This document shows, piece by piece, positions 42,603-51,944 of a DNA stretch of 64,000 bases. This DNA is from a virus. The DNA lies in IMG/VR virus record IMGVR_UViG_2565956771_000001, positions 24 to 64,023 of that record; one strand, written 5' to 3'. The first letter of the stretch is position 1. Each line of letters opens with the position of its first letter. A model generated the notes under the pieces. That model was not told the DNA's origin. It saw only the letters and a program-made list of their open reading frames with translations, and did no database searches. The translations under genes and the position numbers were made by a program.

Positions 42603-43757
42603 TCAGTGAGTGGCAGCGGCTTCGCCAGCAGCCCAGACTGCGAGGTACATTGCTGTCGTGAAGTCATCCGTTGTCTCTGTTGCAACGGTTAATACACTCG
42701 CGGCAGTAGTGCGCTCGTGGAGTGTGATGATCGGAATTGATCGGGCTCGGTCTTCTGCAATTCGTGCCAGGGACTCCACCGACAACTCATCATTTATTAC
42801 CAAGGTCGCATCCGTATTCCAGCCAGCGTTTGCCACTTCAATCTGTGGACATGTCACATCAACACCCAGTTCGCGCAATGCAAACCGGGCTTCTTCCATC
42901 GTGTATCGCTGTCCTAGTGAATCAACACCACCTTCAAGACGAACCCTGCCACCTCTCCAAGATGAGATAGGCTGACGTTGCTTGAGGATGGATTCATCAA
43001 ACTCGAACGCACGGGTATCGCAATAGACAGATACCGACCGTGACGCCAGATCTGCAGCTTGGTGAGGCGGCAGTTCGCCTTGCGCCCAATGAACCGCAAA
43101 TACGGCAGTAAATATGTCACCTGTTCCGATTTTAAAAACACTGCTGGAACGATAAGCCGGTATGTGTGAAATCTTGCCTACACCCTCGTAAACTGAGGCG
43201 CCACGTGCACCTTGTTTGATCACGACAACCTGTGCGCGTTGTTTTTTCAGCAGGTGTTGCGCCGCTAAGTGCAACTCATCGATTCCAGTTATCTGGCGCA
43301 CTTCCAGTTCATTCATTACTAGGGCCAATTCTCTGGCCGTCGACCCATTGGCTCCAAACGATGGCGGGTTATGCCAGGTTTGCGGGTCGTATACGGCCCG
43401 ATTCGCCGTGACCACCGCATCTCCCTCAAGAAAGCCGAAGCGCAAAACGGCGTTCCCAGTCACCGATATCGAGTTTTCGCGGTTGATGGACGCGCGGGGT
43501 GGCTCAATATGGGGCGAAGAAAGGGGGTGGAAATACGCAAAGACTATTGGCGATGGCCTGGTAGCGGCATGCGTGATGATTCCCTGCGACTCCAGCGAAA
43601 CCAATGCGGAGCGATCAGCGGGGGAGGCATAAGTGGAAAACTCGACACCCGAAGCCAGTGCGTTGGCGGCCAAGGCAGCGCGACCTCCAGAGCCCAGCGT
43701 AGAGTCCCAGAACGGTACATCACATAACTCGCGATATAGACCACCAACGATGTGCAT
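42603..43757 (-). CDS. PfkB/ribokinase-family kinase with a C-terminal degenerate NDT-like domain
   Basis: MHIVGG...LGSGGRAA; VVIKQGARG; FKIGTGDIFTA; tail LGQRYTMEEARFALRELGVDVTCP. Confidence 0.82.
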   Translation of the reverse strand: MHIVGGLYRELCDVPFWDSTLGSGGRAALAANALASGVEFSTYASPADRSALVSLESQGIITHAATRPSPIVFAYFHPLSSPHIEPPRASINRENSISVTGNAVLRFGFLEGDAVVTANRAVYDPQTWHNPPSFGANGSTARELALVMNELEVRQITGIDELHLAAQHLLKKQRAQVVVIKQGARGASVYEGVGKISHIPAYRSSSVFKIGTGDIFTAVFAVHWAQGELPPHQAADLASRSVSVYCDTRAFEFDESILKQRQPISSWRGGRVRLEGGVDSLGQRYTMEEARFALRELGVDVTCPQIEVANAGWNTDATLVINDELSVESLARIAEDRARSIPIITLHERTTAASVLTVATETTDDFTTAMYLAVWAAGEAAATH

Positions 43758-44155
43758 TCCGTGCCCTCGGTCAGTCTTACGTCGGATCGGCAGCCAATGC
43801 ATCGCTTCAGAGACTGAAGTTCAGATGATTTGCTCTTTAACGCATATCGCATCATGCCCTACAAAAAAAGCCTGAAAACCAGCAGCCACATAGTCGCTGC
43901 GCGGCGAACGACAACGATCGTCGATTGACACTTCGGTCGATCAAGCTCACGTCCTCGAGGCCCGATGATGCTGCACGAGTATAGGTGTCATGATGATATT
44001 ATCGTCAAGCAGGGCGCCCCAAAAAACTTTGAGACTAAGCCAATCAACCATCGAACTCTATGAGCTCCTGGAGAGCGGCAACGGAACGGTTCAGTAATGA
44101 GCGCTGCCCCGAGTTGATTGTGCATGTCGAGCACCCAATGGGATGCTACGGAGAT

Positions 44156-45886
44156 TTAAGCTTTTTCGAGCTTAAGAAAGGGATTATCGGTAGGTACGGC
44201 CGCAGCTTTGAACAATAGTGCTGGTTCTTCTAGCAAATAGCCTTTGAGTTTTGCCTTCTTACGGGGACCTTCGACCTGACAAGCCCAGATATTTAGACCG
44301 TCGTCACGCTTCCTGTGGACCTTCAATTTTTCGAATTGCTTCTGCACCCAACGCCATTCTTCAGTCTCTTGATTGGCACCCTGAGAGATACCAGGGAACT
44401 CCTGCGCATAGCGTTGGAAGAGACCAGGCGTGACCAGAAATACGCTGCCACTCACCGTGTGGATTTTGGCCTTGCTGTCATTGATGACCAGTTTGTGGCT
44501 CAGGATGCTTTCCTTGACCCAATTCAAGAATGCCTGGCCAGGGTTATTCGAAGGAGGATTTGAGATTTCGAGAGCGTTTGCTGACGGTGCATCACGTGCC
44601 TCGGGTTCTGCCATTTCGAACATATCCAGCAACGCTCCTAAGTAGTCGGCATCTTCCGTGGCTACGGGATCTGGCTGTGATGGGCTTTGATCTGATCCTC
44701 TACTGACAACCTTGGGTGCTAGTGGCGATGCCGGAGCGTCAGTTGAGTGGTCATCGACTGCGAAGCTTACCGTTCCGCTGAAAGCTTCAGGTCGGTCTTC
44801 GTTCGCCCAAATCAACGCCGGTTGAAGGCGCAGAAAGGTAAAGCTCTGCTGCCAGTTTCCCTGCGTGACAAGCGCAGTCCAGATGGCTTTGCCTTCCGGC
44901 GTGGACTCAACCAATCCATGCGATTGCAGTTCGTCGAACACAGCAATGTTGGACGACGGAATGCCTTCTATCGCTTGTGAAAGCAAATAAGCTCGGAGTT
45001 TGTCCGTGACTGCCTTACTAACCAACCACAGGGAGTCCTGGGTCAGCCATCCCGCGGCCCCTGGCTGGTTGAGTTTCAGCTCGTGCTGAACGAGATGACG
45101 CAGTCCGCTGATCAAGTGATGTTGCAGCGTATGAATCGGCGCTTGCAACGCCTTGCTTGGGTTGCCACCGATGTTCTGTGCGGTGGAGACCCGGTCGGCT
45201 TGAATCACCAACTCGCCCAGCACGCCGGCGCGTTCATACTGGCCGGCTAGGACATACAGCAGACTCGCCCACAGCGGCGGAAAGCCACTCAGCCAATCGA
45301 GGATCGGTCGGTTGAGAATCTGGGTGTAGAGCAAGCCTGCGGCGGCGCCGTGCAGGTGATAATCGCGACCTTTGAGGTAGCGAAAGCGGTAGGGCTGATC
45401 CAGGGGACCCTGCCAAGGATGCCAAACACGGCCATCCTGGCGTTCGACTAGCAGGTCCACGGCGATCTTGCCGATGTCATGCAGAAGGGCACCATAAGCA
45501 ATACCCGCCGACCAGGCATCGGTCTGGGCGGCTTGGTCTTCGGGCGCAGCGCCGGTTGGCAGCAGATACGACTGACGCAGTTTCAAACTGCAAGCGACCA
45601 GTTCCAGTCCATGGTCGAGCATGCCGCCAAGGTAAGCATGGTGGTGCGTCTCGCTGGCAGGCAGTTGCTGGACCTGTTCGGCGTAGCGATGGATCGGATT
45701 TATATAGAGCTGGGTGAACTGCGCGTGGGAGAGGGCGGTGTACTGCCAGATGCGGTCGAGCAACTGGCGGCGGTGTTCCGCGGCTAACAAACTGTGAGCC
45801 GACTCGATGGGCAGGTAACCTTCGGCGACGTTGACGGTCGGTGGCGGAGGGGGCTTCTGCCTTTTGCGGCGAAACAGGCTGAGCAT
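44156..45886 (-). CDS. traI: MobH-family relaxase (TraI_2)
   Basis: LPASETHHHAYLGGMLDHGLE and LLHDIGK (HD domain); VWHPWQGPL. Confidence 0.93.
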   Translation of the reverse strand: MLSLFRRKRQKPPPPPTVNVAEGYLPIESAHSLLAAEHRRQLLDRIWQYTALSHAQFTQLYINPIHRYAEQVQQLPASETHHHAYLGGMLDHGLELVACSLKLRQSYLLPTGAAPEDQAAQTDAWSAGIAYGALLHDIGKIAVDLLVERQDGRVWHPWQGPLDQPYRFRYLKGRDYHLHGAAAGLLYTQILNRPILDWLSGFPPLWASLLYVLAGQYERAGVLGELVIQADRVSTAQNIGGNPSKALQAPIHTLQHHLISGLRHLVQHELKLNQPGAAGWLTQDSLWLVSKAVTDKLRAYLLSQAIEGIPSSNIAVFDELQSHGLVESTPEGKAIWTALVTQGNWQQSFTFLRLQPALIWANEDRPEAFSGTVSFAVDDHSTDAPASPLAPKVVSRGSDQSPSQPDPVATEDADYLGALLDMFEMAEPEARDAPSANALEISNPPSNNPGQAFLNWVKESILSHKLVINDSKAKIHTVSGSVFLVTPGLFQRYAQEFPGISQGANQETEEWRWVQKQFEKLKVHRKRDDGLNIWACQVEGPRKKAKLKGYLLEEPALLFKAAAVPTDNPFLKLEKA

Positions 45887-46108
45887 CGTGATCTCCGGGA
45901 AGTGGCTGGGTCATTGGCCTTTTAGCCTTTTCGGATAGCGCTCTTACCCTTGAGTGCCCATTCCCTTCCAACCCTTACCCGTCCTTTTGGCTCGTGTCCC
46001 TTTGTGAGGCAATCGGAATATGGATACTGCTAGGCATCATTTTTTTGGGGGCTAGTACGGAAAAGAAAAGAGTCGGTACACTGCGGTGCCTATTTTTTGG
46101 GTCTTGCC

Positions 46109-46303
46109 ATGAACCTTACTGACGCCACGCTCGTGCTGCTGCTCGCGGCACGTATCCATGGGACCGACGAAGCCGTCAGGGCCTCGGCGAAGAGCGTGGT
46201 CAAGAAGTTACCGCGCAGTAAACGCGATCTGATCTACAAGGTGATCGACAGCCGGAGTCCGCTCGAGCTGGTGGATTTTCTGGCGCAGAACCTGGATACA
46301 TAA
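46109..46303 (+). CDS. Small conserved Pseudomonas hypothetical protein
   Basis: MNLTDATLVLLLAARIHGTDEAVRASAKSVVKKLPRSKRDLI. Confidence 0.65.
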   Translation: MNLTDATLVLLLAARIHGTDEAVRASAKSVVKKLPRSKRDLIYKVIDSRSPLELVDFLAQNLDT

Positions 46304-46433
46304 CGGCATGCTGCGGGTGTGCGCCCCTCTCTTTTTCTTTGCGTGAGGGGCCCGCCGTCTGTTTTCTGGAAACAGAAAAAAGGGCTCAACTCGCGTTGGG
46401 CCCTGTGAAGCGTTTGCAGCGGTGAGGTAACGA

Positions 46434-47393
46434 TCAAGCTCCATCGTTCATGCATAGTGAGTCATCCAAGACCGCTTGCTTCAGTTGCTGCTCCAGGTTG
46501 AGTACATACTCCGAGGCGCTTCGGGCCTGGCCACTGGCGCGGAAGATCGCGCGTTTGTCAGCCTTGAGCAGGCCGAGCCAGGAGTCAATGTAGCCCTCGT
46601 GCCTAAGTTCTCCCTGTATACCGGTGTAGGCACATAAAAACGCAGCGCCCATCTCGGCGATCAACTCCTCAAACGCGTAGCCTGGCGAGCCGAACGGACA
46701 GGCTGACGTCATGCCTTCGCGCTGCAACCGAGAGTGATGCCCGGTCCAGTGCGTCAGCTCATGAAGTGCCGTGGCGTAGTACCCGCCTTCATCGTGAAAT
46801 TGTGCTTTTGTCGGCAGTTGGATGAGATCCCTGATCGGGTGGTAAAAGGCTTCGTCGGCAGGCCGATGAACGATGCGTGCACCTGAACTTAATAGCAGAT
46901 TTTCCGCGGCGCTGTTGGGCTGGAAGGGATCACTCTGTTCCGTCTCGAGCAGGGTTTCATTGAGCATTTCGAGCCCCTCCGTTTGCTCGATGTTGAACAG
47001 AAAATGTGTCCTGAGAATGCCGAAGTGAGCGACCTTGGGTTGACCGTTTTCATCGAGTACGGGTTGGCCTGACTCGGTCTGTTCCTCGCGCTCCATCGGC
47101 TTGTAGAGCACCGCCAGAGTGCTGTGCTCACCCTTACGAATGTGCCCACCGGTCTTTTTGGCTTGGTTGAAGGTCAGCCAACGATCTTGAGTGAACCCCT
47201 GCAACCTGGCCTCGGCCCAGAGCAGCGGTAAATTGATGCCCGAATACGGACGTCGTGTGATGGCGTTGACGGGGTAGGGTTGATGACCGATGTAAGCGGA
47301 GCCACTTGAGGACCAGGGTTTGATCCAGGGAGCAACGCCTTGGTCTAACGCGGTAACGATCTTGTCAGTTACGTCTTGGTAGATATCGCGCAT
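46434..47393 (-). CDS. ardC: ArdC antirestriction protein (DUF1738 plus zincin-like domain)
   Basis: DIYQDVTDKI...APWIKPW; YSGINL; WLTFNQA; ALHELTHWTGH; YAFEELIAE. Confidence 0.92.
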   Translation of the reverse strand: MRDIYQDVTDKIVTALDQGVAPWIKPWSSSGSAYIGHQPYPVNAITRRPYSGINLPLLWAEARLQGFTQDRWLTFNQAKKTGGHIRKGEHSTLAVLYKPMEREEQTESGQPVLDENGQPKVAHFGILRTHFLFNIEQTEGLEMLNETLLETEQSDPFQPNSAAENLLLSSGARIVHRPADEAFYHPIRDLIQLPTKAQFHDEGGYYATALHELTHWTGHHSRLQREGMTSACPFGSPGYAFEELIAEMGAAFLCAYTGIQGELRHEGYIDSWLGLLKADKRAIFRASGQARSASEYVLNLEQQLKQAVLDDSLCMNDGA

Positions 47394-47524
47394 GGCAATT
47401 TCCTCGAGAGAAAACGGAGGAACGCCTTGCCCGTCGGGGGAGGGTTCCCCGGTTGGGTGATGGGTTGGATTGATGCAGGTCTTGCATGCCGCCCGAATGT
47501 GGAGGTGGGCGCCGCCCATTGCGC

Positions 47525-47854
47525 TTAGCGCTGGTGTTCTCCTGCAAGCGCTATCAGCAAGGCGGCAGGCTGACCCGGTTCTTGGAGTAGGCTCAGACTC
47601 AATTGCAGCAACGGGTCGTGGTGTAAGTGATCGGTTGGTTCAATGTGGATTACCTCGAACAGCACGTAGGGCTTGTGTGGATAGGCCAGGTGGGCTTCGA
47701 AGGCTGCGCGCAATACGTGGCTCAACCGATCGACCTGCAGCTTCTCAGCGTGATCGGATTGCTCGAGCAGTACTGCGCGTTGCCACGCGCCAGGGGTGAA
47801 CACGATGGGCAACCGAAGGGTGTTCAGTGTTTGCGGTGTAAGTGAGTCGGGCAT
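47525..47854 (-). CDS. ICE hypothetical protein
   Basis: 109 aa, GGAG RBS, preceded by the same repeat element as ardC. Confidence 0.65.
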   Translation of the reverse strand: MPDSLTPQTLNTLRLPIVFTPGAWQRAVLLEQSDHAEKLQVDRLSHVLRAAFEAHLAYPHKPYVLFEVIHIEPTDHLHHDPLLQLSLSLLQEPGQPAALLIALAGEHQR

Positions 47855-48310
47855 GGTATGTCTCCGTTGAATACGCGAAGAAACCTGCCCTGTGCGGGGA
47901 AAGATTTCCCCGCAGTGGGTTGAAGAAAATCAAGAGGGCTTATCTCACGAGCAGCGCTCGAAAGGCGCTCAGGAGAGCAGTAGGCGTTCATCATCGTAGC
48001 AACGGTCACCGTGCGAGCCACCGAACGCTAATCGCACTTGGGGAGAACCATCATCGAAGTGACGGAGCCTTGAAGGTTCTGGCTACCTGGGAAAGTGCTG
48101 TCGATAACAGCGATCCGTACCTTGTATTTAGCTGGACGATTTATCTGGGTCAATCACTGTAGATAGGCTTTTTCACGGGGCTTGTCTTCTGTCTTCCAGT
48201 GAAGATTTTTTCGGCTGGGCAAACTGATAAACGGTCAGGCACGGACAGTTTTCAGTAGTAGGCTGTTACTCCTGTCTCAACCATGAAAACGCTCAGAAGA
48301 GTGCGAGAGC

Positions 48311-48709
48311 ATGCCGACTCAGCAACCTGTTCAGAATTCACGTGGCCACAGCTGGGCGTACGCATGTGGCACGTCGGTAAAGCGTGGTTATCGCAAATTG
48401 CAAGCGTTTGAGTCCCGCCTGGCTGAGCGTGCGGTGACGGCAGGTATGCCCGCAGGTAAATTACTTGTTCGCGGGAGCTTTCTGATTGCCAAACTGGCAT
48501 TGATCGGAGGATTGCTCTTTGTCAGTGTTTGGCTGGTTACTTTTTTTGTGATGATGCTGGCTGTCATCACTTTGCTATGGTTCAGGGCTTTTGTTGGTTC
48601 CGATCATCAAGAGGAAAGTCCAGGGCCAGACTACCTAGGTGCTGATCTCTACATCGGTGACTTCGATGACAATGGGCATTATATAGGCGACAGCAAGTCA
48701 TCTAATTGA
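48311..48709 (+). CDS. DUF3742-family ICE membrane protein
   Basis: Family-like N-terminus, two TM segments, acidic tail; convergent with traG. Confidence 0.65.
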   Translation: MPTQQPVQNSRGHSWAYACGTSVKRGYRKLQAFESRLAERAVTAGMPAGKLLVRGSFLIAKLALIGGLLFVSVWLVTFFVMMLAVITLLWFRAFVGSDHQEESPGPDYLGADLYIGDFDDNGHYIGDSKSSN

Positions 48710-50239
48710 ACGTTTTGCAGCACCCAATATTTGATCCGTACCTTTGCTCGCTGAATCACTTGCGGCTTTGCTACCGTTCGCCAACATGCCTTGAATCCCG
48801 TTGCCGACTGAATATCCTGCCCAGCTCATGGCCCCTAGAAACAGCATTGGTAGCACGATGAACATCGCCCCCATCACATACTCGATCACCTGTGCCGTGA
48901 CGGTTCCATCCATGAAGCCGGATGTGGGCAGCGATAACAGCACTTGATTGGAAGCCGAAACCTGGTTGTACAGCGTATCGAGCATGCTGGAGTCGATCCA
49001 GCGAGCGAGTTCCCACCAGAAGCTCAGCATGTGTAAGGTGAACAGCGCGAACGTCACGGTCATGACAGTTTTCAACTGGTAGGTACTGACCAGCAGGATC
49101 AGCGGCAAGCTGATGATGACGCCCATGATCAGGAACGCCTGCACCATCGGCAAGGCGGCGCGTAGTGCATTCATTGCCGGGAAGTTGCTGAAGGAACCGA
49201 GGGCCAGCCCGGTATTGGTGGCTAGGTTATTGAGCCCCTGATTGATCGAGCCGCCACGAGCGCTGGAACCATAGTCCTGGTACACCTGTCCGGGCGACAT
49301 GGACATCGATTGCTGGCGCGGACTGACCAGTTCGCGCAGGGTGGCATCCTCGATGTCGTTGCTCGAGCGGCCAGTCAGCCAATTTTTCAGCTGAGTCAGC
49401 AGAGAGGGATCAACCTGCTGGATCAACTGCTCGCGCAAGCCAACACCGCTGTCGCTCCACCACTGCTTGCAAGTGGGGTAGCCCGCGGCACTCTCCAGCC
49501 GCGGCAAGGAAACATCGCGGCTTTCGTCATACGGCCAACTGATTCGCGGTGTGCGTGAACGATCCGTGTCGTAGTAGCCGGGCGTGTCGAGAAGATAGCT
49601 TGAGCCGATCCAGGACGCGTCGTGACTTTGTGCCTTGTCCAGTTGCGGGCGATTGGTAAACAACCGAGAACGGGAATAGCCATAACAGTCGCGGGTGAAG
49701 TCGGCGACTTCCTGCAGCAGTACCTGGCTGTTGATACGCGAGCTGTCGATCTCCATGCGCATCTGCCGAATATCCGGTGCGCAGGGAATGGAGGCGGTGG
49801 CTGCGGCGGTTACTCCTTTGCTCAAGGCATGCACTAGAAACCACCAGATCGGTACGTTGGCGGAGCGTTCGCCGATGGTATTGAAGGTTGTCCCCCAGGC
49901 GGTTTCCGCTGGCTTGGCCACATTTACGCCGCAGCGCTGACTTGCCGCATCATCGAACGTCATTGACGAGAGGCTCAACGGAAAGACCGGCGCGCAGCCG
50001 AACAATACGACGATGTAGGCCAGCCACAACCGGTTCTCGATCCGTGGCACCGAGAGCAATCCCTTGTTTCCCTCATCCGCGCCTTGCTGACGGGCTGACA
50101 GCCATTCCTGGAGGATGATCGCGCCAAAGGGCGCGGCGAACAGTCCGGTGTCGGACAGGACGCTCCAGAGTCCGTTGTTGATGATCCAGGCCAGCAGGGA
50201 GAGGTAAAACTCCAAGTAGCTGTTGGTGCTCATGAGCAT
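48698..50239 (-). CDS. traG: TraG N-terminal-domain mating-pair protein
   Basis: YLEFYLSLLAWIINNGLW; VPIWW; SFWWELARWIDS. Confidence 0.9.
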   Translation of the reverse strand: MLMSTNSYLEFYLSLLAWIINNGLWSVLSDTGLFAAPFGAIILQEWLSARQQGADEGNKGLLSVPRIENRLWLAYIVVLFGCAPVFPLSLSSMTFDDAASQRCGVNVAKPAETAWGTTFNTIGERSANVPIWWFLVHALSKGVTAAATASIPCAPDIRQMRMEIDSSRINSQVLLQEVADFTRDCYGYSRSRLFTNRPQLDKAQSHDASWIGSSYLLDTPGYYDTDRSRTPRISWPYDESRDVSLPRLESAAGYPTCKQWWSDSGVGLREQLIQQVDPSLLTQLKNWLTGRSSNDIEDATLRELVSPRQQSMSMSPGQVYQDYGSSARGGSINQGLNNLATNTGLALGSFSNFPAMNALRAALPMVQAFLIMGVIISLPLILLVSTYQLKTVMTVTFALFTLHMLSFWWELARWIDSSMLDTLYNQVSASNQVLLSLPTSGFMDGTVTAQVIEYVMGAMFIVLPMLFLGAMSWAGYSVGNGIQGMLANGSKAASDSASKGTDQILGAAKRSIR

Positions 50240-50249
50240 GGTGGTGACC

Positions 50250-50558
50250 TCACAGTCGGGTGAGTTCGACGAAGGTAAAGAGCACGAGCCCTAATGCCCC
50301 GATGCGTTTCACGCGCAGTCGATCCTGTGGTCGATGTCGGTAGCGCCGAAGCAGATCCACCCACAGCGCGAAGAGGGCGCCGTAGAGCAGGGCACGCCAC
50401 CACTGCAGATAGGGCCTTACGGATTCGAATGCCTGCTGCCAGACCTCGAAGCTGCCCAGCGCAGCGTGGCCGATCCATGCGACCAGTGCGGCGGTCAGGA
50501 TCATCACTGCGGCAATCCCCAGACTCGAAAGCAAAGTGAATAGCGGTGAGCGTTTCAT
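50250..50558 (-). CDS. ICE membrane protein
   Basis: 102 aa, hydrophobic, between the PFL_4711-like gene and traG. Confidence 0.7.
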   Translation of the reverse strand: MKRSPLFTLLSSLGIAAVMILTAALVAWIGHAALGSFEVWQQAFESVRPYLQWWRALLYGALFALWVDLLRRYRHRPQDRLRVKRIGALGLVLFTFVELTRL

Positions 50559-50561
50559 GGC

Positions 50562-51944
50562 TCACTTGCGCCTGGCGTCAGCGTCATTGAGTCGGCCCGG
50601 CTCAGGGTCGCCTTGCTCGACGGTGCGCGAAGCATCAGCACCGCCGGCATGCCGATCGAGCACTAGGCTGGCGGTATTGGTGGCCAGCATCTGCCGGACC
50701 TGCAGTTCGGTCTGCAGCAGGCGGATTTCGCGCTCCAGAGCGTCGATGTTTTTCGTCAAGGCGGTTTGGGCCGGCTCGGCGGAGGCGATGTTCGGTTCGT
50801 GACTGCCCGCCAACAGGGTGCGCAGTAGCAGCAACGCTTTGTCGAGCACACTGGACAAGGCCGTCTCACTGGCCAGGCGCCGTGCCAACAGATCCTGGTC
50901 GGGATCGTCGCGCAGGGCTTCGACCACGCCACGGGTTACCGGCAGCATTGGGCTGGAGGCTTTAGCCAGATTGTCAGGGGTAGGCGGCAGTGAGCCAGAC
51001 AGCAGCCCTTGCAGGGCCTTGAGGCGTTCGCTGTAGGCCTCCTGGATCAGCGGCGTCAGTCCGCTGCCAGCGGTCGCACGCAGGGTTTCGCAGGTATCGC
51101 AGGTCGTGACTTCAGTTTCGCCCAGCACGCGAACGGCCCATTCGGATTCCTCCTGGGGCGAAGCCCAGGTCTGGCAAATGGCCCCACCCAGGCAATCGCT
51201 ATTACTAATCGAGGCATTGTCATCCATCGACCGGTTATGCAGCAGGTTGTAGCCCGCGCGCACTACGTCGGCGGTCACCCGAATGGGCGTCTGCCCATCA
51301 CCGCCAGCCTTCGAGCCGCCGACCCAGGACACCCCCTTGTTGCCGTTATGGGCCTCGGTGTTTTTCACCGCGGCCACCGCATCACCGCCGGTTTGCTCCA
51401 GATTGCCCTGCATCTCCTGGTTCTTGGCCAGCGCGCCCCAGCCGGCTTGACCGACCTTGTCCGCCATCTTCTCGGCCATGGCCTGGCAGGTCAGCTTCGA
51501 GCGGTCGAAGTCGATACGCCCCTGCATCACCCCGTTGCTCAACAACTCATAGAGGCCGGGGTTGGCGCGTTGGATGATCAACGCCGGCAGCGACATCACG
51601 GCTTGGGTCGCGTTCTGCACGATGCTGCCCATGATCTGCTGGAAACCTTCGGTGACGCCGTTCAGCTGGTTTTGCAGGGTGTTGGTGAGGCTCATGTTTC
51701 CGCACATCATGTTCGCCCGCCATGACCCGCCGACACCGAGACCACTGGGTCGGTAGAGCGAGCTCGGTGAGCCGACTGCCGAGCCGCCACCAATGGTGTA
51801 CATCACTCGGTCGTCGAGTACTTCACCTTGAGTACCCAGACGGTAATCGCCCTCGGCGGCGTAGGCATGTGTGGCAATGGCGAGCAGTCCACAGAGCAAC
51901 AGACTCATCGTGCCCAACCAGGGCCGCGCGAGAAGCCGACTCAT
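50562..51944 (-). CDS. ICE protein, PFL_4711 family
   Basis: YTIGGGSAV; MMCGNM; IIQRANPGLYELL; FDRSKLTCQ. Confidence 0.88.
   Translation of the reverse strand: MSRLLARPWLGTMSLLLCGLLAIATHAYAAEGDYRLGTQGEVLDDRVMYTIGGGSAVGSPSSLYRPSGLGVGGSWRANMMCGNMSLTNTLQNQLNGVTEGFQQIMGSIVQNATQAVMSLPALIIQRANPGLYELLSNGVMQGRIDFDRSKLTCQAMAEKMADKVGQAGWGALAKNQEMQGNLEQTGGDAVAAVKNTEAHNGNKGVSWVGGSKAGGDGQTPIRVTADVVRAGYNLLHNRSMDDNASISNSDCLGGAICQTWASPQEESEWAVRVLGETEVTTCDTCETLRATAGSGLTPLIQEAYSERLKALQGLLSGSLPPTPDNLAKASSPMLPVTRGVVEALRDDPDQDLLARRLASETALSSVLDKALLLLRTLLAGSHEPNIASAEPAQTALTKNIDALEREIRLLQTELQVRQMLATNTASLVLDRHAGGADASRTVEQGDPEPGRLNDADARRK

Noticed and set aside
39396-43757. Dpd-type DNA 7-deazaguanine modification system or queuosine biosynthesis operon
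   Set aside because: No folE/queD/queE/queF and no DpdB-K-like helicases or nucleases; QueC and TGT sit with TIRs and an OGG glycosylase, which fits the type IV CBASS-like ancillary set better. Not excluded experimentally.
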